In this document: one piece after another, positions 7,722 to 15,723 of the stretch
Layout: every line of letters starts with the position of its first letter
Numbering within the stretch: the stretch's first letter is position 1
Source: a virus
Virus genome (UHGV): UHGV-1374553
Length of the DNA: 18,173 nucleotides
Strand: one strand, 5' to 3'
Notes under the pieces: model-generated
The model's input: the letters and a program-made list of their open reading frames with translations, nothing else
What the model was told of the DNA's origin: nothing
The model's database searches: none
Made by a program: the position numbers and the translations under genes

Positions 7722-9485
7722 ATGGCAGACAGACGAACAACAGAGTTTGTATTTTTTTATGATACACCTTTAACAGATTATCAAAATACCATTCATTTTA
7801 GTAGTAATAGTGAACGTGATGATTACTTTTTGAATGGAGGTCATTTTAAAGCGACTAGTTACGTAAAACTACCATTTAATTTTATACGTGATCGTTCCAT
7901 TGTCAAAGTACCACAAATGAATTGGAGTGAAGCGCAAGGCATTAATTACTGTACATTTAAATCAGGTTTTGAGAATAGACGTTATTACGCTTTTGTTAAT
8001 GCAATAGAATACATTAATGATAATGTGATTCAAATGACACTTGTCATTGATACAGTCATGACTTATACACAAGGTAATGTATTATCAAACATTCAAAATG
8101 CACGTGTTGAACGTCAACATTTACCAAAATCACAATATGAATACATGTTACCTTACCTTCGTAATAATGACGATGTATTGAAAGCAACGAATAAATACTA
8201 TTCAAGAAACAATTTAGAGCAATTCGGTAATAACTATGTCATGTTTCAATCAAGTGCAGACCTATCTAAAAAATTCGGTAGTAAAAAAGAGCCAAATTTA
8301 GATAGTTCAAAAGGATTAACATATGACTACATGACAAGTCCCGTTAATCTATACATTATGTCACATTCAAATTTTGTTAATTTTATGGATAAAATGAGCA
8401 AGTACCCTTGGATTACACAAAACTTCCAAAAAATTCAAATGATACCCGAAAAGTTCATTGATAGTGGGGACATGATAAGTGTTAAAACCGATGAAAATAT
8501 TACAGGTTTGTACACCCTAAAAAATAATGGTCGTTCCAAAACATGGTCATTACCTAACCTAAACATGAGTTTTAACGAATTTTTGAATTTAGCAGGTATC
8601 AATCAACCTGAATTACGTCATTTAGTCCGTAATGAATATTTCACAATAGAGGTTTATTCATGGAATGGTGATGTAATGTTACTAGACGCTGGTAAGATAA
8701 CACCTGAAACAGGTGTGAAATTTAGAACAAAATCCATAATTGGTTTTCATAATGAAGTTAGAATTTATCCAGTTGACTATAACAAAGGCGAAGCAGAACA
8801 AGCGATTAAGTCAACCAATGGTGAGATACTCATAGATACAGGGTCATTCTTAAACACTGCTATTACATTTGATAGTTTTGCGGAAGTACCTGTGTTAATT
8901 GATAATGGTATTTTGGGACAATCACAACAAGCAAACCGTGTGAAAAATGCTGAAAGTCAATTAATTACAAATCGTGCGCAAAATATTGCAAGTGGTGATG
9001 ACATTAAATCTAAATTCTATGACGTGGCAAGTATTGCATCAAATATCAGTCCAACACAACTATTCAGTAAGTTTAATGATGAATATACGTATTATCAAAA
9101 CCAACAAGCTGAATATAAAGATTTGGCATTACAACCACCCTCAACAACATCTAGCCAAATGGGTAATGCTTTCCAAATAGCAAATAGTATTAATGGTTTA
9201 ACAATGAAAATTGGTATACCGTCACCATTTGATTTAGGAAGTATCATGAAGTATTATTTCATGTTTGGATTTGAAAATTCAGACCCTAGTACATCACCTT
9301 ATCCAATTAACAGTTGGACGGTATGCAATTACTTAAAAATGAGTGGTACCTACACATTACCACGTATCGACCCTATGCTTCTAGAACAACTCAAAGTGAC
9401 ACTTGAAAGTGGTGTACGTTTTTGGCATAATGACGGGTCTAATAATCCAATGGCGCAAAACGTCATGAACAATAAATTTAGATAG
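7722..9485 (+). CDS. Tail knob (phi29 gp9-like distal tail) protein (587 aa).
   Basis: SD AGGAGG precedes ATG 7722. Size (phi29 gp9 is 599 aa) and position match the tail-knob slot of 44AHJD/P68-like phages. Confidence 0.6.
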   Translation: MADRRTTEFVFFYDTPLTDYQNTIHFSSNSERDDYFLNGGHFKATSYVKLPFNFIRDRSIVKVPQMNWSEAQGINYCTFKSGFENRRYYAFVNAIEYINDNVIQMTLVIDTVMTYTQGNVLSNIQNARVERQHLPKSQYEYMLPYLRNNDDVLKATNKYYSRNNLEQFGNNYVMFQSSADLSKKFGSKKEPNLDSSKGLTYDYMTSPVNLYIMSHSNFVNFMDKMSKYPWITQNFQKIQMIPEKFIDSGDMISVKTDENITGLYTLKNNGRSKTWSLPNLNMSFNEFLNLAGINQPELRHLVRNEYFTIEVYSWNGDVMLLDAGKITPETGVKFRTKSIIGFHNEVRIYPVDYNKGEAEQAIKSTNGEILIDTGSFLNTAITFDSFAEVPVLIDNGILGQSQQANRVKNAESQLITNRAQNIASGDDIKSKFYDVASIASNISPTQLFSKFNDEYTYYQNQQAEYKDLALQPPSTTSSQMGNAFQIANSINGLTMKIGIPSPFDLGSIMKYYFMFGFENSDPSTSPYPINSWTVCNYLKMSGTYTLPRIDPMLLEQLKVTLESGVRFWHNDGSNNPMAQNVMNNKFR

Positions 9486-9497
9486 GGGACATAGACA

Positions 9498-9896
9498 ATG
9501 GAACAAAATGAATTACAAGTGAGTATTCAAGATATGGAAAGTTTTCAAAAATTCATATACAGTGGGGACATGTATTTGCTATACGCTGTATTGATATTTA
9601 TGGTAATTGATATTTTAACAGGTTGGGCGAAAGCTTTAAAAAATGGGAATTTATGGTCAACCAAATCTGTATATGGCGCTGGACGTAAAGTCATGGCACT
9701 GTTCGTTGTAATCATTGCTAACATTATTGATAATATATTGAACTTAAACGGTGCTTTAGTCGTTGTTATCATGTTCTATTACATTGCTACGGAGGGGTTA
9801 AGTATTTTAGAAAATTTAGCTGAAATGAATGTACCATTTCCAGAACAAATTAAAGATAAATTGGAGGTACTCAAAAACAAGGAGGGTAACAAATAA
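9498..9896 (+). CDS. Holin (132 aa).
   Basis: Hydrophobic helices at MYLLYAVLIFMVIDILTGW, VMALFVVIIANIIDNIL and ALVVVIMFYYIATEGLSIL, followed by a charged C-terminal tail. This is the typical phage holin-4 architecture of phi29 gp14 / phiLC3 size class. Confidence 0.8.
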   Translation: MEQNELQVSIQDMESFQKFIYSGDMYLLYAVLIFMVIDILTGWAKALKNGNLWSTKSVYGAGRKVMALFVVIIANIIDNILNLNGALVVVIMFYYIATEGLSILENLAEMNVPFPEQIKDKLEVLKNKEGNK

Positions 9897-11242
9897 TGGC
9901 GAAATGGCATAATGGTTATCAAGTATGGTTAACAGAAGCACAAAGTTTAGAAAATGCCCAACTTGTCGCAAATAGAGCGCTTAAAAAAGGTTGGGTAAAA
10001 ATGGCCATATGTGGTATGTTAGGTAACATGAGACATGAATCATCTGTTAACCCTAATATGTATGAATTCGGTATGAGTTGGGGTGCTGATAGAGGTTTTG
10101 GATTAGTTCAATGGACACCTAGAAGTAAATATTGGAATTGGGCATTACAAAAAGGATATAAAGAAAGTGAATTGCGCGACGGAGAAGCTCAAATGGATAG
10201 AATCGATTGGGAAGCTAAAAACGGAGAACAGTGGATGATACATCCTAATTTCGGAGAAACATTTGCGCAATTCCGTAAAAATAAAAATAATTGGAATATA
10301 TCACAAGCTACAGAATCATTTGCAAGGGGATATGAAAGACCTTTAGAAAGTGCATTAATTCAAAGTTTACCTGAACGAATTGCATTCGCTAAAAAGTGTT
10401 ATGATAATTTAGACTTTTCAGGTGGGTCTAGTGGTGGCGACGATGATGACGATGACGGTGGAAGTAGTGGTGGTGACGGTAGCAGTGGCGTAGGCGATAG
10501 TGCATTAGAAATCATTAAAAAAGCTGTTGATAAACTTGTTAATTCTATTGAAGACGCGTTAACATGGGATTTACACAGTATCGGAACAGAAAAGTTTTTC
10601 TCAAATTCTTTCTTCGCTATGCAGAAAACGTTTAATAATACGTATCGTATTCAAATGAATGTTAAACTGCTAGACCAAATCAAAGACCTTGTAGACGGTA
10701 TAGACGCAGGTGGGTCTAGTGGTGGTGGAGATGATGACGATGACGGTGGAAGTAGTGGGGGTGGAACTAAGGCAGAATACAACCTTAAAAATATCCGTTA
10801 CACGAACGATAGTCATTTAAATTATCCATTCGACCCCGACGGTACCAATCCCAACTATCCATTCCCACGCCCTCACTTAGGTGTGGATATAGACTTTTAC
10901 AATGAAAATTTAACAAGTCCAGTGGTTGGTACAACTTACACGATTACAGACCCTGCACCTAGTTGGCAAGGAGGCACAGGTTACGGAAACCACATTATTA
11001 TTGATAGTCCCGACGGTTACCAATATTTATTCGGACATCTTAACTCATTTAAAGTTAAAACAGGGGATAAAGTTAAAGTCGGCGACCTTATAGCTATAAC
11101 CAATAATACAGGGGATTCAACAGGTCCACACTTACACTTTGAAATTAGAAAAGGAGCTAATAAAGATAAGTCTTACGGTGGGACTGGTAAAGTTCAAGAC
11201 CCTGCTGTTTGGCGTGCTATGGTCAAACGTAAAACAAAATAA
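9896..11242 (+). CDS. Tail-associated peptidoglycan hydrolase (phi29 gp13-like, 448 aa). It has an N-terminal lysozyme-like domain, a central domain of about 75 aa flanked by two Gly/Ser/Asp linkers, and a C-terminal M23 (LytM/lysostaphin-type) endopeptidase.
   Basis: The ATG overlaps the holin stop (ATAATGG). The N-terminus has CGMLGNMRHESS...GFGLVQW (phage tail lysozyme-like). The C-terminus has HLGVD (HxxxD) ... GHLN ... PHLHFE (HxH), the M23 signature. phi29 gp13 has the same lysozyme+M23 layout. Confidence 0.8.
   Translation: MAKWHNGYQVWLTEAQSLENAQLVANRALKKGWVKMAICGMLGNMRHESSVNPNMYEFGMSWGADRGFGLVQWTPRSKYWNWALQKGYKESELRDGEAQMDRIDWEAKNGEQWMIHPNFGETFAQFRKNKNNWNISQATESFARGYERPLESALIQSLPERIAFAKKCYDNLDFSGGSSGGDDDDDDGGSSGGDGSSGVGDSALEIIKKAVDKLVNSIEDALTWDLHSIGTEKFFSNSFFAMQKTFNNTYRIQMNVKLLDQIKDLVDGIDAGGSSGGGDDDDDGGSSGGGTKAEYNLKNIRYTNDSHLNYPFDPDGTNPNYPFPRPHLGVDIDFYNENLTSPVVGTTYTITDPAPSWQGGTGYGNHIIIDSPDGYQYLFGHLNSFKVKTGDKVKVGDLIAITNNTGDSTGPHLHFEIRKGANKDKSYGGTGKVQDPAVWRAMVKRKTK
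10421..10475 (+). repeat. Direct repeat copy 1 inside the tail-lysin gene. It encodes the GGSSGGDDDDDDGGSSGG linker.
   Basis: The 55-bp segment matches 10709-10763 with about 6 mismatches. The offset is 288 bp, which is 96 codons and therefore in frame. Confidence 0.8.
10709..10763 (+). repeat. Direct repeat copy 2 inside the tail-lysin gene (second Gly/Ser/Asp linker).
   Basis: See copy 1. Confidence 0.8.
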
Positions 11243-11264
11243 ACTTTATTTTTATAAAAACTTA

Positions 11265-11273
11265 TGATATAAT
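11265..11273 (+). promoter_or_regulatory. Third, orphan copy of the TGATATAAT / TATGATATAAT motif. It lies downstream of the last late gene and points into the convergent non-coding region.
   Basis: TTATGATATAAT at 11262-11273, preceded by the AT-rich TTTATTTTTATAAAAAC. There is no plus-strand CDS downstream. The next element is a strong terminator about 200 nt away. Confidence 0.35.
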
Positions 11274-11288
11274 ATTAATTAGATAGGA

Positions 11289-11320
11289 CGATAAAAATCG
11301 TTGTGCCTATCTAAAAAATA
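11289..11320. terminator. Imperfect hairpin in the convergent intergenic region. It is a possible terminator for the minus-strand (polymerase) transcript.
   Basis: AGATAGG...CCTATCT outer stem with an inner ACGAT-AAAA-ATCGT stem. On the minus strand it is followed by AATTAATATTATATCATAAGTTTTTA. Confidence 0.3.
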
Positions 11321-11440
11321 AACAAAACATAATCAGTAGTAAGACATAACTACTTTAAAAATTATGTCACGTCTAGGAAACAGACGCTAAAGGCTAACCC
11401 TCCTTTAATTGCTTGTTAAATCATAAATTTTACATTACTT

Positions 11441-11477
11441 AAACCACGTCTTATTGGGTAGACGTGGTTTTTATTTT
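11441..11477 (+). terminator. Strong rho-independent terminator for the plus-strand late operon. It overlaps the 3' end and stop codon of the convergent polymerase gene.
   Basis: Perfect 11-bp stem AAACCACGTCT (11441-11451) pairs with AGACGTGGTTT (11460-11470), with an 8-nt loop, then TTATTTT. The polymerase stop is at 11451-11453 on the minus strand. Confidence 0.65.
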
Positions 11478-13754
11478 GCTATGAATTCTTTTTAAGATTT
11501 TAATATTGGTTGCTTCATCAATCGAGTGTGTTACGGGGTAGATATCATTAATTGAGAAGATACCAAGTGGACTTTCAATATAAAGGATATCGTCATAGTT
11601 TGTTGGGTCGTAATTCTGTCTGATTGATTCAAACATTTGTTGTTTGTCTTCTTCTAATATATTACTAAAATAGGTCGGGTAATCTTGTCCCATTTCAATA
11701 TGAGTTTCAGATGGGTAGATTGAAATAGTGCCTTGTTTATTATAGATGCTTTTATTGTTGTATATAACTGCACCGTGATGAAAGTCATTATTAATGAAAT
11801 CCTCGAATGATTGATTTGTATTAAATGCGTCTAACGGTACACCTGCACTTGCTACATGAATATTACCGTTTGGTTTAAGGTAAGCATATTTCTTATGATT
11901 CAGTACATACATTTTTTCAATACGGTCATTCTCAACGTCCCATTTACCTAAAGAAATAGGGTCGAAAATAGATGCGTCAATCTTATCTTTAATCGATGAT
12001 TTAAGATATAAACTGTCTGTGTCGCAGTATATAAAATTGTCGTCAATTTCTTGTTGTGTTAAGTCTTGTAATGGTTCAAGTAGATTGTATAATGATTGTG
12101 ACGTAACAAAGGTAGAAAATAAAATGTTTCGCTCTGTATTTTTATAACCATTAATCATATTGTATAGAAAACCGTCTTCATTTTTACGAAATAAGTTGAA
12201 GTGTGAACGTAAGGCTGGTATACCATATAAACCATTGAGTACGACTTTAGATAACATAACCTCCTCAGCACTATATATGGTTTCGTTTGGCTCGTCTGTG
12301 ATTGTGTAGTCATAAGGTGTTGGCATATCTATTTTAGTTTTTAGTTTACCTTGTGTTTTAATGAAATAATTGTCGTGTATAATATCCCTAGCACCAAAAT
12401 ATTCACAATCAAAAGTTAAATAACTCATGGTTGATATACGTGATAGGTCAAGCCCTGTTAAGTCCTCAATCATACGTAATGTATTTGTGTTGATGTTGAT
12501 ATAATCCTTGTCTTCTTTTAGGGCTGTGTTGTAGTATTTAACGAGTATTTTTTTAATCATGTCACTTTCAATATGAAATAGAATGTCAAAGTTAAATGAT
12601 TGTTTCGTCATTTTGTACAATGTAAATTGGTCACGATTGTCTAAGTCTGTTGATACTACCGTTTCTTTATCATATTCGTTATATGAAGAAAGGTAAGTAG
12701 GTATTTTATCATGATACATAACATAAGGATAAGATGAATTAATATCTATAGAAAAACAAGGCTCATTGATAATTTGTCCAATATATTTAGGGTTATACAT
12801 ATTTAATCCACCATTGTAAAAACCTTTGATATAGTCATACAAGTTCCGATTGTGAAAATGATAGTCGGTGTAGGATATCGGGTCATTACCTACCTTATGT
12901 AGTAATTGAAATTTTGTTAAATCATTATTCATATAACTTTCTAAAATGTTCACACTAAACGTCATTTTTGAATAATCGAAACCTGGAAATATATCCGAAT
13001 AGTGTATATGACATTGACCTAAAATTATAACATCATTATGGATGTAAGTCATTTGGTCATGGTCTAAACGTTTAAAACATTCATAGGCGTAAGCGTATGA
13101 CTCCACATCGTCCATATCCGACTCAATATCAAATATATTATATTGAAAGTCTGTTTTAAGTTGGTCTGATGTGAGATAACCACCGTCTTTAAGTTTCTTA
13201 CCTAATGTAGCAATTGAAGCTGTTGTTTTCATGAAGTTATCAACTACAACAAATTTAAAACCTTCTAAGAAAAAGATTAGGTCTAAGTTAATTGAAGATT
13301 TAACACGTTTTTCTAAAACAATGTTATCCTCTTTGGCATCTGTTTTAGCTTCTTTCATATTAACTGTGTTTTCGTTTGTTTCTGCTGACTTCATAAACAA
13401 ATTTTCAACTTTTACATTGGGATAGATATGTTGTATATCATGCAGTAAAAAGTGATTGTCGTACTTATTACAGTTATGTGCAATCATTTCTATAGCTGTA
13501 CGTGATTTATTGATTGTATCTTTACGTTCTGCATACTTAAAGAATGTTTTAAAGAATGAGTGAAAAGAGGGGAAAACCTCAACATCAATTGTTCCTTGAT
13601 TATCCCAACCAATAGCCACACTGTAGACAACGTTTTTATAATATGTTGGTTGTTTTCTTCCCTCTATCTTATTGTATGCTAGGGTTTCAATATCCCAATA
13701 TAATGTCATTTTGCGTAAACCTTTATGTGTTTGCATTGCCTCCAATAATCCCAT
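11451..13754 (-). CDS. Protein-primed family-B DNA polymerase (phi29 gp2-like, 767 aa).
   Basis: SD AAGGAG sits 8 nt before the ATG. Exo I is YWDIETL, Exo II is HNCNKYDNHF and Exo III is YIHNDVIIL. Motif A is DINSSYPYV (Dx2SLYP), motif B is KVVLNGLYG (Kx3NSxYG), and motif C is IYCDTDSLY. TPR-like insertions are consistent with a protein-primed polymerase. Confidence 0.9.
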   Translation of the reverse strand: MGLLEAMQTHKGLRKMTLYWDIETLAYNKIEGRKQPTYYKNVVYSVAIGWDNQGTIDVEVFPSFHSFFKTFFKYAERKDTINKSRTAIEMIAHNCNKYDNHFLLHDIQHIYPNVKVENLFMKSAETNENTVNMKEAKTDAKEDNIVLEKRVKSSINLDLIFFLEGFKFVVVDNFMKTTASIATLGKKLKDGGYLTSDQLKTDFQYNIFDIESDMDDVESYAYAYECFKRLDHDQMTYIHNDVIILGQCHIHYSDIFPGFDYSKMTFSVNILESYMNNDLTKFQLLHKVGNDPISYTDYHFHNRNLYDYIKGFYNGGLNMYNPKYIGQIINEPCFSIDINSSYPYVMYHDKIPTYLSSYNEYDKETVVSTDLDNRDQFTLYKMTKQSFNFDILFHIESDMIKKILVKYYNTALKEDKDYININTNTLRMIEDLTGLDLSRISTMSYLTFDCEYFGARDIIHDNYFIKTQGKLKTKIDMPTPYDYTITDEPNETIYSAEEVMLSKVVLNGLYGIPALRSHFNLFRKNEDGFLYNMINGYKNTERNILFSTFVTSQSLYNLLEPLQDLTQQEIDDNFIYCDTDSLYLKSSIKDKIDASIFDPISLGKWDVENDRIEKMYVLNHKKYAYLKPNGNIHVASAGVPLDAFNTNQSFEDFINNDFHHGAVIYNNKSIYNKQGTISIYPSETHIEMGQDYPTYFSNILEEDKQQMFESIRQNYDPTNYDDILYIESPLGIFSINDIYPVTHSIDEATNIKILKRIHSKIKTTSTQ

Positions 13755-13813
13755 GTCTTACACTCCTTAATTGCTAATAAAACAATTATATCACGTTGCG
13801 ATTCGTCACGCAA

Positions 13814-15064
13814 TTATAATCTCATTTGCTTAACAAGGTTTTTCTTTGTCCGTTCTACATAGTTATCCTCGTACATTTTTTCGTGTCTTTCAAAGTCCGT
13901 TGGGTTAAGTTTTTTCTGTTGCGTAATGTACAATTTTATAATTTTGTTAATATTTAAATCAATGTATTGGATATTATTCACGATATATGATTTTGAATAC
14001 GCATTATCAAAATGTAAGTTAGACGGTTTATAGTATTTCTTAGCGTGTGTTTCTTTATAGAAGTTTTCTTTTAAATAAGTTGCTTTGTCTTCAACGTCCC
14101 TAACTTCTGTACAGAATGTATATTGTTCTGCATAGGGAAGCACTTTCATATTAACCGTGTAGTCGTTGACGTTATACATCACTTTAATATAAGCATCTTC
14201 TGTTTTAATGTAGAAGAAATCCCCATTATGGCTTATATGGTTACGTAATCCGTCATCGGCTAAGTTGTAGTTATTAAAATCAAATTCCCCTGTGGTCATA
14301 GCATCATTGTCACTGTCAAATGCTCTCGTGTTACGTTTTTCGTTTGAATTGTCGTTTCTGCGCATTTCAAGTAAAACATTGCCATACTGACGCATTGAGT
14401 TAATTTGATGTTTCTCAAGTTTATTAAATATGTTTAAGTTCGCCAGTAGGGGACTAGAGAAGTTAACTGCGTTACCTAATAAAACGATTTTAGGTATTTC
14501 TAAATAAGGTATGTTACCATGATTACGGTCTATGGATTCATAAATCGTTTTTAGTTTGTCCCATTCATCTGATAAGTAATCACTCTCTAACGCTAAAAAC
14601 TCATCATAAACAATAATTGGATAGTCTTTTAAAAAGTTAGAATGATATTTTAAATCAGTGGCATTATTTAAGTCTGTAATGATACACATGCTTTCTCCTG
14701 AATAACTTGCATTAATATAATCTTCATTTCTATGAAATGATAATTCTTTGTTTTTAAATTCGTTGTGTTCATCAACGATTTTAGAAATGAGTTCACGATA
14801 TGCACCTCTTAATGTATAGTGACGTGCAACCAATACAAATTTAATTCCTAATTCAATAGATAACTTCATAAAGAATGAAATGTAGTTAAATGTTTTACCG
14901 TCTGAACGGTTAGAAATTGATATTAAAAAGTCAATGTCTTTGTTCATAAGTTCGTTGGCTAATTCGATTTGGTTGTACTTCTTGGGTATATGTTTTCGGA
15001 ACTTGGTAAGCATATTTTGATATTGTTTGACTTCTTCTAGTCTGTTCATGTTTATGACCTCCAT
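13814..15064 (-). CDS. DNA encapsidation ATPase (phi29 gp16-like). The likely true start is the second ATG at 15049 (411 aa).
   Basis: Walker A is ISNRSDGKTF and Walker B is IIVYDEF. FVLVARHYTL resembles phi29 gp16 FIYVRRYKPEL, and LLGNAVNFSSPLLANLNIF resembles CLSNAVSVVNPYFLFFNLV. The first ATG lacks an SD, but its GGAGG provides the SD for the ATG 15 nt downstream. Confidence 0.8.
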   Translation of the reverse strand: MEVINMNRLEEVKQYQNMLTKFRKHIPKKYNQIELANELMNKDIDFLISISNRSDGKTFNYISFFMKLSIELGIKFVLVARHYTLRGAYRELISKIVDEHNEFKNKELSFHRNEDYINASYSGESMCIITDLNNATDLKYHSNFLKDYPIIVYDEFLALESDYLSDEWDKLKTIYESIDRNHGNIPYLEIPKIVLLGNAVNFSSPLLANLNIFNKLEKHQINSMRQYGNVLLEMRRNDNSNEKRNTRAFDSDNDAMTTGEFDFNNYNLADDGLRNHISHNGDFFYIKTEDAYIKVMYNVNDYTVNMKVLPYAEQYTFCTEVRDVEDKATYLKENFYKETHAKKYYKPSNLHFDNAYSKSYIVNNIQYIDLNINKIIKLYITQQKKLNPTDFERHEKMYEDNYVERTKKNLVKQMRL

Positions 15065-15090
15065 AATAATTTATAATATCATTAATTGAT

Positions 15091-15606
15091 TTAAACAGGG
15101 GAATAACTTCCTTTGTTAGATTGGTCATAGTAGACAATATTATATTTTTGTTGTCCGTTATTCTTTTTGTGGTTATCGTTCCATTTCTTTGTTTCTTCTT
15201 CAACCAAATCAAAAAAAGCATTCAATTTTTGAACTTGTTGTAAGGGGGTTAGGTTTGAATATTCTGACCTTACTTTTTCATAAATTTTATCTTTATGTAG
15301 TGACCCTTTAACATAATCGTGGTCTTCTTTTTGATACCTATCTAAAAGTTTAGACAATTCCTTTTCCATTTTACCACCTTTATAAGCAATAGAAACTGCC
15401 ATATTATAAGTAACAGGCTCAAACCAATCAATTTCAAGCACTCTATATTTTTCAGTTTGTTGTATATAGGTTTCTTGTAATTCTTCATCATCAAAAGTAA
15501 ATGTAACACCTTTATATTCTGTTTTTTCAAGATTTTTTGTTAAGTTTCTTAATGTTTGTCTACCTGATGCACGCTTACTTGATTTTTGGTTTTTATTTTT
15601 AGCCAT
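15091..15606 (-). CDS. Basic-N-terminus protein (171 aa). It is a candidate terminal protein or DNA-end-binding replication protein. Function unknown.
   Basis: SD GAGGAGGAG precedes the ATG. The N-terminus is MAKNKNQKSSKRASGRQTLRNLTKNLEK (very basic) and the C-terminus is S/Y-rich. It lies directly upstream of the ATPase and polymerase in the early operon. Confidence 0.5.
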   Translation of the reverse strand: MAKNKNQKSSKRASGRQTLRNLTKNLEKTEYKGVTFTFDDEELQETYIQQTEKYRVLEIDWFEPVTYNMAVSIAYKGGKMEKELSKLLDRYQKEDHDYVKGSLHKDKIYEKVRSEYSNLTPLQQVQKLNAFFDLVEEETKKWNDNHKKNNGQQKYNIVYYDQSNKGSYSPV

Positions 15607-15609
15607 AAA

Positions 15610-15723
15610 TTACTCCTCCTCGTCTTTATAAACCATATTAAAACGTTCTAATGTTTTAGGTGCTAGCAATGATAGTATACCATATAAAATAATACATGTT
15701 GTGATAATTGTCCCTATAGTCAT
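15610..15723 (-). CDS. Micro-ORF encoding a 37-aa hydrophobic peptide (MTIGTIITTCIILYGILSLLAPKTLERFNMVYKDEEE).
   Basis: SD AAGGAGG sits 9 nt before the ATG. The start overlaps the stop of the upstream 29-aa micro-ORF (ATGA). Its stop lies 3 nt before the ATG of the downstream gene. It has one predicted TM helix and an acidic tail. Confidence 0.4.
   Translation of the reverse strand: MTIGTIITTCIILYGILSLLAPKTLERFNMVYKDEEE

Noticed and set aside
8974-9180. 68-aa plus-strand ORF inside the tail-knob gene (other frame), and the 75-aa minus-strand ORF 9545-9772 antisense to the holin.
   Set aside because: Nested within confident genes, no SD. The holin antisense frame is hydrophobic only because it mirrors TM codons.
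13231-13425. 64-aa plus-strand ORF inside the polymerase gene (antisense).
   Set aside because: Lies within the polymerase coding region on the opposite strand with no signals.
14931-15221. 96-aa minus-strand ORF spanning the ATPase start and the C-terminus of the 171-aa gene in another frame; also 15342-15530 (62 aa) inside the 171-aa gene.
   Set aside because: Both flanking genes have strong SDs and motif support. This frame has neither.
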